The position numbers and the translations under genes were made by a program. A stretch of DNA of 64,000 bases from Zootoca vivipara (Eukaryota), in the NCBI RefSeq assembly GCF_963506605.1, contig NC_083290.1:15748001-15812000 (forward strand). Direction: 5' to 3'. How positions within the stretch are numbered: position 1 is the first letter of the stretch; each line of letters opens with the position of its first letter. The notes under the pieces were generated by a model that saw only the letters and a program-made list of their open reading frames with translations, did no database searches and had not been told where the DNA came from. Shown piece after piece: positions 53,601-64,000 of this stretch.

Positions 53601-56600
53601 AGTCAGGGAGTTAAAAATGTGGAATGGATATTTTGGGGCATCTGTAGCAGTGCCAGTTCAAGGCATATATGAGAAAGGCAATCTTACAAGTAGATTGGTC
53701 CCAAATTATTGACGACTTTGGTGGCAAATCAGCAGGCAGTGCAGATCTGAGCATATAGTAGTTCTTACAGTGATCAGCTGTTCTGGAAACAATTGAGGTA
53801 CAGCCTGAGGAAGAGCCTGAGAGAGCTGGTCTTGGGGAGAGTTGTTGGAAAGGGCCCACTTCTCCCACATGGAGCCAGCTGTCTTGGTTGCTGCTGAGCT
53901 GGTCTCTGGTCGGGGGAGAGAAGGCCTGATGGAACTGCCATAAGACAATTGCGAAAAGGGATACTCGTTGTGCTGGAGTGATGCACAGCAGCTCTGGGAG
54001 GAGGGGAAGACTTCTCTTGTGCCATGATTCTAAATGCAATTGTAATACCATCAGCATTGGTTTCAGTGAATCTTTGCTTCCAATATAACTTAATTAGCAC
54101 TGCCAACTCCAGTTGTGTTTAGCCAAGCTGAATTTATTCTTTAGTAGGAGTGGGTACCTAGTGCCCTCCAGATGATGTTGTACTGCAACTCCCCATCAGG
54201 GATGGCCCAGTGGTCAGGGATGGTGGAGGTTCAACACCACCTCCGGGATAGTGCAGGCAGTTTTCAAGAAGCCAATCAACCAGTGTTATTGGTTAGGTTC
54301 AACAGCGTGACCTTAAATGCTGAAACATGGCTTTTTCCTACCTCCCAGGTTGACCCTTGCTTGTGGAGGCGTTGCTATGAATTCTGTGGACGACCTCTCT
54401 GTGGACTGCCTGGGACATGCAGGACTCGTCTACGAATACACACTGGTATGTGTCACTTTCCCCTTTCACATTCCTGGCAACAGTTTTGTTTCTGTGGCAA
54501 GTGTTGCAAATTGGGAAACTCCCAAATGAAGTATCATAATGCCTTCTGGATCAGTGAAGGCTTCAGTACCTGCTTAAGTTTTGCCAAATGGTGGTAAGAT
54601 TCCCCACCCCCTATGTAGTACCTGGATTGCAGCTACACAATTTTGTTTTGTTGCTCAGTTAATTGGAAAATGCAACTTGGACCACTGCGTTAAAAATAAA
54701 TAACTGGAGCCTGGTAGATTGCTGTGGCATTTATAACACTCAATAATTCATTTCCTCATCTTTTTGGCCCCAGGGTGAGGAGAAGTTCACATTCGTTGAA
54801 AAGTGTGACAACCCTCGTTCTGTGACGCTGTTGATCAAGGGGCCGAATAAGCACACGCTGACACAAATCAAGGACGCCGTCCGGGATGGATTACGTGCTG
54901 TCAAAAATGCCATTGAGGATGGTGAGTGGGTATTAGAAGCACTTCATAAGGCTTTGATGGGCAGGGCATGGTGGGTTAAAAGGGGAAACTTTGATTTTGC
55001 TACATCTTCTCTAGCAATGGTGGTGGTGGTGGTTCAATACCTAAGGGAGGAGGGCCCCCCCACAAAATGCCCTAGTTGGTGTGGAAATAAGAATACAAAT
55101 TCTGTATTGTTAATAATATAAGAGAGTGTCCAAAATATGTAATTTGAACAGTCCTGTGCAACCCCTTGTAAAACTGTGAACAGAATGTTACAATTGAAAG
55201 GAAGTTGGAACAAACATATAATAGTCAAAAGGATGCACATATTGCCTTGAATTCAAAGCCAGTGCGGTGTTTAAATGCTGTGTCACATTGTCCTTTTTAC
55301 AGGGTGTGTGGTCCCGGGTGCCGGAGCTGTGGAGGTGGCTATAGCTGATGCCCTCATGAAGTTTAAGCCCAGTGTGAAAGGAAGAGCCCAGCTGGGAGTC
55401 CAAGCTTTTGCTGATGCTCTGCTTATCATTCCGAAGGTCTGCTTGATGGGAAAATTAATCAATTTAAGGTGTTAAATTTACTTAGTTTTCTACCCAGTGG
55501 TTAAGGCAGCTGGGCTGATGGAAGTTGCATCTGGAATACAGCAGTCTGACAAAGGCTGGGTTAAGGGGAGAACCATCAATAAAATCTCCCGGCGGTGCTT
55601 CAGTTGCAGAGGGAAGAATGCAGCTGGAAGGGCAGGTTAAAAGGAAGATGAGGATAGGTAGACATGTTTCATGAGTGTTGGCAGTTGTGGGGAGAAACCT
55701 GAATTTTCTTTGTGTTGTGATTCTTTCTCAGGTACTTGCTCAGAACTCTGGCTATGATTCACAAGAAACACTTGTGAAAGTTCAGGCCGAGTACGCAGAG
55801 TCAGGGCAGCTGACTGGTGTGGACCTCAACTCTGGTAAGGGAGAGCATGCAGTAAAATAGAGGTTGGCTTGATCTCAAGAAGGGTTGGGACCCTGATGTG
55901 TTGTTGGAAGCCCTTCTGGATTTCAGACTTTGTGGAAGTGGAGGAGAGGTTGGCTGAGGAGCCCCCAAAACAGCTTATTTGACTTTCAAGTATTCTTCGT
56001 GTGGCTCTTGAGTAACTATTTAAGGAGAAACAAATTCTCACCCAGAACCCAGCCTCTGGAGAGCTGTTCAGAATTCCAGCTCGGTCTAAACCGGTTCATT
56101 TGGCATGCTTATCTCTGGAAACCACTGAGATGGGGTTAGTTGTATGAACTGGTAGCCGCAGTTGGGGATCTGCTCTTCCTTTATGCAGGCATGAAATGGG
56201 TTGGGTTTTTTATTTTTTTAAAAAAGTCAAACTTGTCTGTGTGAGGGGCTCTTTCTTGACTGTCCGACCTCCAAAGAACAGAGTGAATTCTAAACCATAG
56301 AAAACCTGGGCATTGAGGACTATGGCAAATATCCATTCCCAGATCCAGTCCTCACCATCTCCAGGTAGGATTGGGAAAGGCCTCCATATGAAGCCAAGGA
56401 GTGCCGCTGCCAACCTGTGTAGAGCAAAGGTTGCTTACTCCTCCCCAGCTCCATGGTTTTGGACTAGCACTCCCTAACATCTCTGAGCTGTGGCTGTTTG
56501 GGCTCATAGGAATCCCAAGAATGACTGAAGGTGCCATAGATCAGCTACTTAGGGTTGTTACAGTTCTGAACCAGGTGGGCCATTGGTAGAAGGTGTAAGG

Positions 56601-57349
56601 TAGTTGCCTTCCCCCCTTCACCTCTCTTGGAATAAGATGTAGGTCATCATTTAGCTTCTCTAGGCTTCGCTTCAGGTTTTGTATGCTCAAGGCAGAATTC
56701 AGCAGCCTAAAGTACGCACGAGCCTGTGAATAAATTTGTTCAGTCTCCATTACTGTTTGAAGTCTGTCAGTCAGCTACAGCATTGCCGTTGCCTTTTAAA
56801 CATTTCTTTCTTGTGTTTTCCAGGTGAGCCAATGTTGGCGGCGGCAGCTGGAGTTTGGGATAATTACAATGTTAAAAAGCAGCTGCTTCATTCAAGGTAA
56901 ACCTTTTTACAGCTAGCAGAAGTTGGCAGTTAAAAGAAGAAACACTTGGCTTTTAAAGGGCTATGCAGTGCTTCACAGATCCATTGAGCAGTCAAGTCCT
57001 GTTGCATTTAGTAATGCTTCCTTTTCAGCAGGCTGGGATGGTTTTGCTCTAGACTTTGCCTGTAGTCCAAAACAGCTAGAGGGGAACCTGGTTGGCAAAG
57101 GATGGGGTAAACAAATGATTGGCCTTGGAAGGGGTTTCTGTGGGGTGGCAAATATGAAGCATACATATCCAGAAGGCTGTATGGGAACTAATATGAAGGA
57201 GGGTGGCAGGATGTTGGTTGCATTCCACAATCAATGAAATCTCTCTTCTCCCCCCCCACCCCATTTTTTCTTCTAGCACCGTCATTGCAAGCAACATTCT
57301 CTTGGTTGATGAAATTATGCGTGCCGGGATGTCTTCTCTCAAAGGCTGA
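47676..57349 (+). CDS. CCT6A: T-complex protein 1 subunit zeta, 530 aa; exons 47676-47809, 49168-49231, 49938-50072, 51152-51325, 51688-51791, 52674-52784, 52951-53110, 53244-53326, 54349-54445, 54774-54921, 55303-55436, 55732-55834, 56824-56896, 57277-57349
   Basis: [31 protein letters not shown] and [16 protein letters not shown]. 14 exons, all introns GT-AG, 1593 nt in frame. Confidence 0.98.
48066..48201. mobile_element. Palindromic hAT-type MITE (same family as 3295)
   Basis: Same TIRs as 3295; TSD gagtagac. Confidence 0.9.
48355..48589. mobile_element. Tc1/mariner-type MITE
   Basis: TIR ccctgtttctcatatt / aatatgagaaacacgg flanked by TA; related copy at 62629. Confidence 0.8.
50346..50483. 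mobile_element. Palindromic hAT-type MITE
   Basis: TIR cagtgtttctcaaccagtgtgcc; TSD ctttagac. Confidence 0.9.
50629..50760 (+). ncRNA. SNORA22: H/ACA snoRNA SNORA22 homolog in CCT6A intron 3
   Basis: ttgcacggtgaacacccaagtg...ttcccttggc...ctgtgct closely resembles human SNORA22 as recalled. H box AGAGTA at 50684-50689, ACA at 50755-50757; CCT6 loci are the known hosts. Confidence 0.88.
52066..52203 (+). ncRNA. SNORA15: H/ACA snoRNA SNORA15 homolog in CCT6A intron 5
   Basis: 5' hairpin gcatgg...gaat...cagacaccatgc as in SNORA15; H box AAATGA at 52123-52128; ACA at 52198-52200. Confidence 0.78.
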
Positions 57350-57593
57350 GCTGAAAAGCTGGCTTGAGGGCAGAGTGTGTCTCTTACAAGCAGCCTCTGG
57401 AATGAGTTCAAGATGTCCCCCTGTATTAGTCCCTGCACAATTTAGGTGGATTTTCAGGCCAGCATGAGGAATTGGAGCTCTGCCTTTGGGAAATTCTGGC
57501 CACTCACAGATGAAAATTGTTAGCTTCTGTTACTATTTATTTTTTACATGCACTGACTGACTTAATACATCTGAAGTTACTGTCTTTCTACCC

Positions 57594-57599
57594 AATAAA
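57594..57599 (+). terminator. CCT6A: CCT6A polyadenylation signal
   Basis: AATAAA 245 nt after the stop codon, followed by a T/GT-rich tract. Confidence 0.7.
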
Positions 57600-59919
57600 C
57601 AGTTCTGCTCTCTGCTTCGACTGTAGCAATGTCAATTTATGCCAGTCTGTTCTTTCGTCTCTTCTCAGTAGCTGTTCCTGGCTTCTTTCTCTGTGTTGTT
57701 GGCAGGAGATTAAGAGTTAAACTCTCTGGCAGGTGTCCCCACCCCACCCCGCCTCCCTCCTTCCAGGTTGACTTCTGACCACTAGCAAGGAGGGTGTTTT
57801 CTCAGGTCTTGTTCATATTTTTAGCTGGTGGGGAAGGGGGTGTTTCCAAGACAATTGCAGAGGTGAATCTTGTCCTCTGTCACTTGTCCATCTTGCTCCA
57901 TGGGCAAATGAGCCTGGTGAAAGATTATTCTGTAATGTGTATCACTGCCTTTGGCATGGAGACTGCTTTCCTTACAGTACCCTACCAGAGAGTTTTGGCT
58001 GCTACCCATTACCTCATGTCAGTGGATGAATGTTCTTTTCAGACTCCGGGAGATTAAAACAGAACCCCAAAACCAGAGAGAGGAAGCTTAAGCGGAGAAG
58101 GGCATGCTTGGTCCACAGAAAAGAACACTGATTTTTAAACCAGTGATTCTCAAAGCTGATGGTGGGATTATCTGGGGGGACCTTAAGAATTAAGGGGGTG
58201 GTGGAAAGCTGATGTCACTGAGTCAAGTTCATTTAACTAGTTTGAATTGCATTTTGAATAAATGGCAATTGTTGAATTTTATAGCATTTTCCTTTGTGTA
58301 TTGTGAGGTTTTCAACCTTTTGGGGTCCACAGCTCCCTTGACCACCTGCATTCTTTCTGTGGCACCCCTGTGGGGCTCAGGAGCCCAGTTATGCCACCCT
58401 TTGCCTGCAGAGCTAGCAGCCCCTCACCCTTTTTTGAACACCCTCCCTTGTGTAGTATTCCCTCAGCCTTTTCTCCTCTCCCTTCTCCTTGGGATCCCTC
58501 CAGGCAACCTCTGCTGCAGCCCCTGATCTCTGAGCGGCCCCCCTGCCCCAAACCACAGTTTTAAAGGGTAGGCTATGGGGCACTGGGGATGAGTTTATGA
58601 AATTGAAGCACTGGGGACCTGAAAAAGATTGCACTGGTCTAAAGATTGCTTTCCTAGCAGTCAAAGCCTGCTAGGAAGTCCCCAAATGAGGATGTGAAAC
58701 CGGCAACCCTTCCGTACTCTTTATCCCCAGCAACTGATTGCTTTAGACTGCATCTGCAGCTGGAGGTTCCATTTATGCAGCAACCCTAACGTGGCCCAAT
58801 AGACCTCTCCATCTTCCACGTGTTTACCTAATCTCCTTTTCAAGAGGCCTCAACCAGCGACCATGTGAATCAAAGCAGGAGTGGCCATCCATGTGTTGAT
58901 AAGATTTGGGGCTCCTCCAGGGCCATTTTCCACCCTAGGGAGCAACATCTGAAGGGCTGCAGGTGAGGCAATCCTGCCCTAAATGAATGCCAGGATCCCT
59001 CCTTTTGAGAGAACGTTCTTTGCTCACATCCCCTTGGCCTTGTTTTTGTACTGGTATCCATGATCTGTCCAGCTTGCTCCTTGGGGCAGAGACCTTTAAT
59101 TCTCATGTCATTCCATAAGGCAGTGTTGGGGGGGTGTCACATGCAGCCTTTGCTGCAATATTTTACTTCAGAGTAAGAAAGCAGAGGATAAATAAAGACA
59201 AATGGTATTTTTAAGAATATTACAACAGAAATTTTCAATTGTCTTTCCAGCTTGCTGTGATTCCTGCATTGCAAGGGGGTTGGAATAGATAACCCTAGGG
59301 GCCCCTGTCCAGTTCTGTGAATGCTTTGATATATTGATGGGTGCCTTTTGATGCAGCCCATCCATTTACCTGTTATTAATTTGGAAGAGAGGCCTATTAA
59401 AAATCATTGTCACTAATAATTCAGGTTATTTATGTATGCAACAACTGGCCCGTGTTTTGTTAGCCCCAAAACGGCGCGAGGTCCCAATCAAAGAGAATCG
59501 GCAACTTAAGTTGACATAATATGCAGAACTTTCAGATTTAACACATAGAATAAGAGAGCAAGAACCACATACATTTAAAGAAGAGTGGAAAACATTTATT
59601 GAATATATGGAAATTATACAGCTGAAAACGCTGGCAACAGAGTAGCTAAATAATTTTTGGCGGATGTAAAAGTGGAAAACTGATTTGAATGGTTATAGTA
59701 AAATATGCAGGGGAAATATGTAAAATGAACCATGGAAAGAGGAGAAGGGAAGTCACTGGATATTTTACAGTTTGTAAAATGTTTATTTGAAATCGTAAAG
59801 CAGAAAGTTAATAAAAAGTTAATAAAATTAATTTCAAAAAAATCCTTCCAAAACAGGGAAGCGCAGTTTTATTTTTTATGTGGGGGTGTGGGGAGAAAAC
59901 GTAAAGAAAGCTTCCCACG

Positions 59920-60047
59920 TGCTCTTTTCTCGGCTGACCCCGGAAGTGAATCCTCGCCTTGCCCTCGGTTCCCTTTGCTGCCTTCAGCTGCAACTCAATT
60001 CTGGGCGCGCGAAGGAGTCGGCTTGCGTCTCTCCCGCTCCCGCTGCC
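59920..60047 (+). promoter_or_regulatory. SUMF2: CpG-island promoter of SUMF2
   Basis: CpG-rich; ETS site ccggaagtg at 59940. Confidence 0.65.
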
Positions 60048-63000
60048 ATGGTGTCCGGACCGGCGTCGGGGCGCCGCGGCGTCGGAATGCTTTGGGCGGG
60101 CCTGATCTCCGCCTGGGCGCTGGCCGGGAGCAGCTCCCAGCAGCCCGGTGAGTCTCCCGCCTGCCCGCCCGACTTCCTCCTCGGGATCGCAGGCAGGAGA
60201 GTTTCTCCAGGCTGGTCTCTTCCTCCTCATCGGTAGACCTATGCCTTGCCTGCCCCGCTGGGAAAGTTGCATGTATTAATATTATTATCGATGGTGCATC
60301 TCATGCATGAAACGGATTTCAACCTTGAATAAATCATTCTTGTTGAAGATGCATGAAACAGATTTCATTTCAACCTTGCATAGAAATTATTATTCTTGAA
60401 CCTTCAGCAATGGGGGTTGCTCAGACATGACTTCATTAGGATCGCTGTGGTTAATGAGCGTGGTGAGGAGCATTGGGTGTCCCTATCTTTAAGTGTGCTT
60501 GTGCAACGCACATGTGAGCACACGGACACTGAGGCATCAAACTTATTTCAGACTGAGTTACCCATCATCTTTCCCTTCCCTGTTTTCAACCACTGCAAAT
60601 GGGCACTGGAATGATTCCCCCTGGTGCCCTAACATTTAATTATGCCCCCTGTTGCTAGATGCTGATGTAATTCAGGTACAGTATATTTTTTCTGCAGAGG
60701 CACCATTTCATAGAATCGTACTGTTGGAAGGGGACCAATGGGTCATCTAGTCCAACCCCCTGTAAAAGCAGAAATGTAGGAATCACAACCACCATTTTTG
60801 TGTTGACTCTTCTCTCCTTAATAATAATAATAATAAAATTTTATTTATACCCCGCCCTCCCCGGTTGAAACCGGGCTCAGGGCGGCTGACACCAGTAAAA
60901 TTACAATAAGACATAAAGAAAAAAACAATTAGTTAAAATACAGGTTAAAATACAATTTACATTCCTTGTTGATTTACACCCTCCTCTCAGCAGACGACAG
61001 TGTGGTGCAGCTGTCTGGTGGGGTGTTCCAAATCGGTGCAGGTTTCTTGGACGGTAAAAAAGGAGACGGAGCCTTCAGGATAGTCAAACCATTCCTGATG
61101 GACAAATATCCAGTCACCAACAAAGACTTCCGGTAAGGCATAAATCCCACGCTTGCTTGAGGCTGGCTGTGCTCCTGGGTCCGTGGGGATGTGGTGTTGC
61201 AAAATTGCAATGATTTCTATCTTAATAGGACATATGAATAGGACTCAGAGTGTTCAACATGTTCTGCACACAGTTTATTTTTTATTTCATTTATAAGAGT
61301 ATTTCTAAGCTGCCAACTCGTTCCCCATGCCTTTTCTACACAGGCTGGCAGCAACAGGGTGATATTTCCAGCTCTGGCTGAAGATGTCAGGGATTTGAAC
61401 CCGAGACCATCTGCATGCAAAGCACATCCTCTGCTGCTGAGCTACGAGGGCCCTTCCCTGAAGCAGATATTGAGAAAATTCAAATACTGGCTATATATGA
61501 TGTTCTATATAGTTTAACCGACAGGTAGAACTGTCCAGTGGGAAGTGTTCAGATTAGGACCAGTGTAATTGATGGCCAAAAAACGATGCTGCTTTCTTCT
61601 ACATTTATAAAATTATGCATGAGGTTGAGAAAGCGGACACAGAAAAGCTTTTCTCCCTCTTTCTCGTAACAATAGAACTCATGGGCATGTAGTGAAAGTG
61701 AATGTGAGAAGATTCAGGACAAATAAAAGAAAGTCCTTCTTCATGCAGTGTATAGTTAAACTGTGGAACTCACTCCCACTGGAGGCATTGATGCCCACTA
61801 ACTTGGATGGCTTTTAAAGAGGATTAGATGAATTCATGGAGGAAGAGAGGGCTATCAGTGGCTACTAGCTGTGATGGCCATAGTCTGCCTCCGTCGTTGG
61901 AGGCAGTAATGCTTCCGAATGCCAGTTGCTGGAAGCTGCAGGAGGGGAGAGGGCTCCTGGGCTCAGGTCCTGCTTGCGAGTTTCCCATTAAGGGCATCTG
62001 GTTGGCCAGCGTGAGACCAGGTTGCTGGGCCATGGACCTGATCCAGCAGGTTCTTTTTAATGATCCTGCTATCTCAGATCTCCCATTCATTAGTCTCCGC
62101 GGATGCTTATGGTTGGGAAAACAACCACACTAGGAGGTAGAAAAAGAAAATGGGTTAAGAAAGGTGTTCAGATGTGCTGGATGAGAAAAGTTGGACAGTC
62201 GATCAAAGCCAGGCTTTGCCGGGGCTGATGGGAGTTGTTGTCCAAAACAGCTGGAGGGCACCAGGTTGGGGGAGCCTGATCTAGGGATTTGTGTCTAAGT
62301 TTCTGATTTGAAAACCTACCTCAATTGCCAACAGGGAGTTTGTGAGAGACCAGAAATACAAAACAGAAGCTGAGCAATATGGGTGGAGCTTTGTCTTTGA
62401 GGATTTTGTTCCCGAAGAACTAAAGAAGAAAGTGACACGGAAACTGGAGGTAGGGGACAGCCCTAAAGATGAACAGTGTTCCTGGTGGGGCCTTAGGTCA
62501 TGGGGGTAAATGTCCATCACAAACCGGTTCCTGCAAACAATATGTTTCCTCCTCCCAAAGTTTCTGGATGTTGTCTCTCCAAAAACTGAGACTCTCCAAA
62601 TCCTAAAGTTTCTGTGCCATGCTATATACCGTGTTTCTCCAAAAATAAGACACCGTCTTATATTTATTTTTCCTCAAAAAAAACCACTATGGCTTATTTT
62701 CAGGGGGTGTCTTTTTAAAAAATTAAGTATGGTACAGTTTAACCCAGGCATCCCCAAACTTCAGCTCTCCAGATGTTTTGGACTACAATTCCCATCATCC
62801 CTGACCACTGGTCCTGTTAGCTAGGGATCATGGGAGATGTAGGCCAAAACATCTGGAGGGCCGCAGTTTGGGGTGCCTGGTTTAACCTACAAAGTTAAAC
62901 TGCCTATCACTATGGCTTATTTTGGGGGTATGGCTTATATTCCTTGAATGCTTAAAAATCCTGCTATGGCTTATTTTATGGCTACGTCTTATTTTAGGAG

Positions 63001-63567
63001 AAACTGGGTGAAAGGGTAGCTTGATGCTACCTGCCCATGGTTTGCCCTGCTCTCAAGCCATTGGCCAAGCTTCTGTGATCATAGAATCACAGAGATGGAA
63101 GAGACCACAAGGGCCATCCAGTCCAACCCCCTGCCAAGCAGGAAACACCATCAAAGCATTTCTGGCAGATGGCTGTCAAGCCTCCGCTTAAAGACCTCCA
63201 AAGAAGGAGACTCCACCACACTCCTTGGTAGCAAATTCCACTGCCAAACAGCTCTTGCTGTCAGGAAGTTCTTCCTAATGTTTAGGTGGAATCTTCTTTC
63301 TTGTAGCTTGAATCCATTGCTCCGTGTCTGCTTCTCTGGAGCAGCAGAAATCAACCTTTCTCCCTCCTCTATATGACATCCTTTTATATATTTGAACATG
63401 ATGTCACTAGTAATACTTTTTTCCTAAAACGGGGGCATAATTATTGTAATTGGGGGGGGAGGTGGGCTGCATTAGCACTGGTGAGATTTTTGCCTTGAAC
63501 CCACTTTTCTTCCTCCTTTTAGTCTGCCCCGTGGTGGCTTCCTATCGAGAAAGCATTTTGGAGACAG
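60048..63567 (+). CDS. SUMF2: Sulfatase-modifying factor 2 (pFGE), 5' part; exons 60048-60147, 60991-61132, 62335-62449, 63523-63567; continues beyond the window
   Basis: Signal-peptide-like exon 1, then VVQLSGGVFQIG, PVTNKDFREFV, TEAEQYGWSFVFEDFV and APWWLPIEKAFWRQ. Phases are consistent; synteny with CCT6A. Confidence 0.95.
62629..63008. mobile_element. Mariner-type MITE with nested hAT MITE (62745-62879, TSD gtttaacc)
   Basis: Outer TIR ccgtgtttctccaaaaataagac after TA; inner caggcatcccc element with an exact 8-bp TSD. Confidence 0.85.
63078..63400 (-). mobile_element. Young CR1 3' end
   Basis: Near-identical reverse complement of 1560-1884; [19 protein letters not shown]... Confidence 0.9.
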
Positions 63568-64000
63568 GTGAGCCTTACGTAGGGGCAGGGGGATGCTCAT
63601 CCTTCTATAAGAGTGATGTCACTGAAATGGTTCATGTTGACATCCAAGAAAAGGGAGTAAAAAGTGGGCATTAGCTGGAGCCCGAGGATCAGCATAGAGC
63701 CTATTTTTGGAAACCGCTTTGAGGCTTTTCCGTGCAACCAAGCGATGTATGAACTCGTGAAATAAAGAAATAAAAATGTCACAGTTCACAACCTGACACA
63801 CCAGATCCTTATTTCCATCACCCACAAGACCATCCACCTGTTGCGACAAGTAAAGGAAAGTCCTGTTTCATGCAGCGCATAGTTAAACTTTGGAACTCCC
63901 TCCCACTGGAGGCGGTGATGGCCACCAACTTGGATGGCTTTAAAAGAGGGTTAGGCAAATTCATGGAGGAAGAGAGGGCTGTTGATGGCTGCTAGCCATG

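Noticed and set aside
56661-56782. Possible third H/ACA snoRNA in CCT6A intron 12 (hairpin, AAAGTA, ACA)
   Set aside because: The second hairpin pairs poorly, and the apparent 28S complementarity (cgcttca, gaatt) would leave AA rather than U in the pocket.
1-64000. CRISPR arrays, rRNA, true tRNA genes or prokaryotic systems
   Set aside because: This is eukaryotic intron-exon DNA; the tRNA-like strings are SINE heads and the recurring palindromes are dispersed MITEs.

Overview
This is vertebrate genomic DNA. Sauria SINE, Squam3-type SINE, BovB tails and young CR1 copies point to a squamate, probably a lacertid lizard (inference). The window holds the conserved block MRPS17(+), NIPSNAP2/GBAS(+), PSPH(-), CCT6A(+) and SUMF2(+, truncated by the window end). 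I traced all coding exons by hand with GT-AG splice sites and consistent phases. CCT6A hosts two H/ACA snoRNAs (SNORA22-like, SNORA15-like) and shares a CpG-island promoter region with PSPH. The most unexpected signal is a candidate decayed multi-exon gene of unknown identity on the minus strand between NIPSNAP2 and PSPH (about 20.4-25.4 kb). One of its putative exons is interrupted by an inverted-repeat Penelope-like insertion carrying two minimal hammerhead ribozymes. Also present: a 1.1-kb solo LTR that cleanly splits a CR1 (4-bp TSD), many MITEs with exact TSDs (some nested), and a perfect C/EBP-ATF site upstream of the PSPH coding exons. No database searches were run, so family assignments rest on recalled sequence features.
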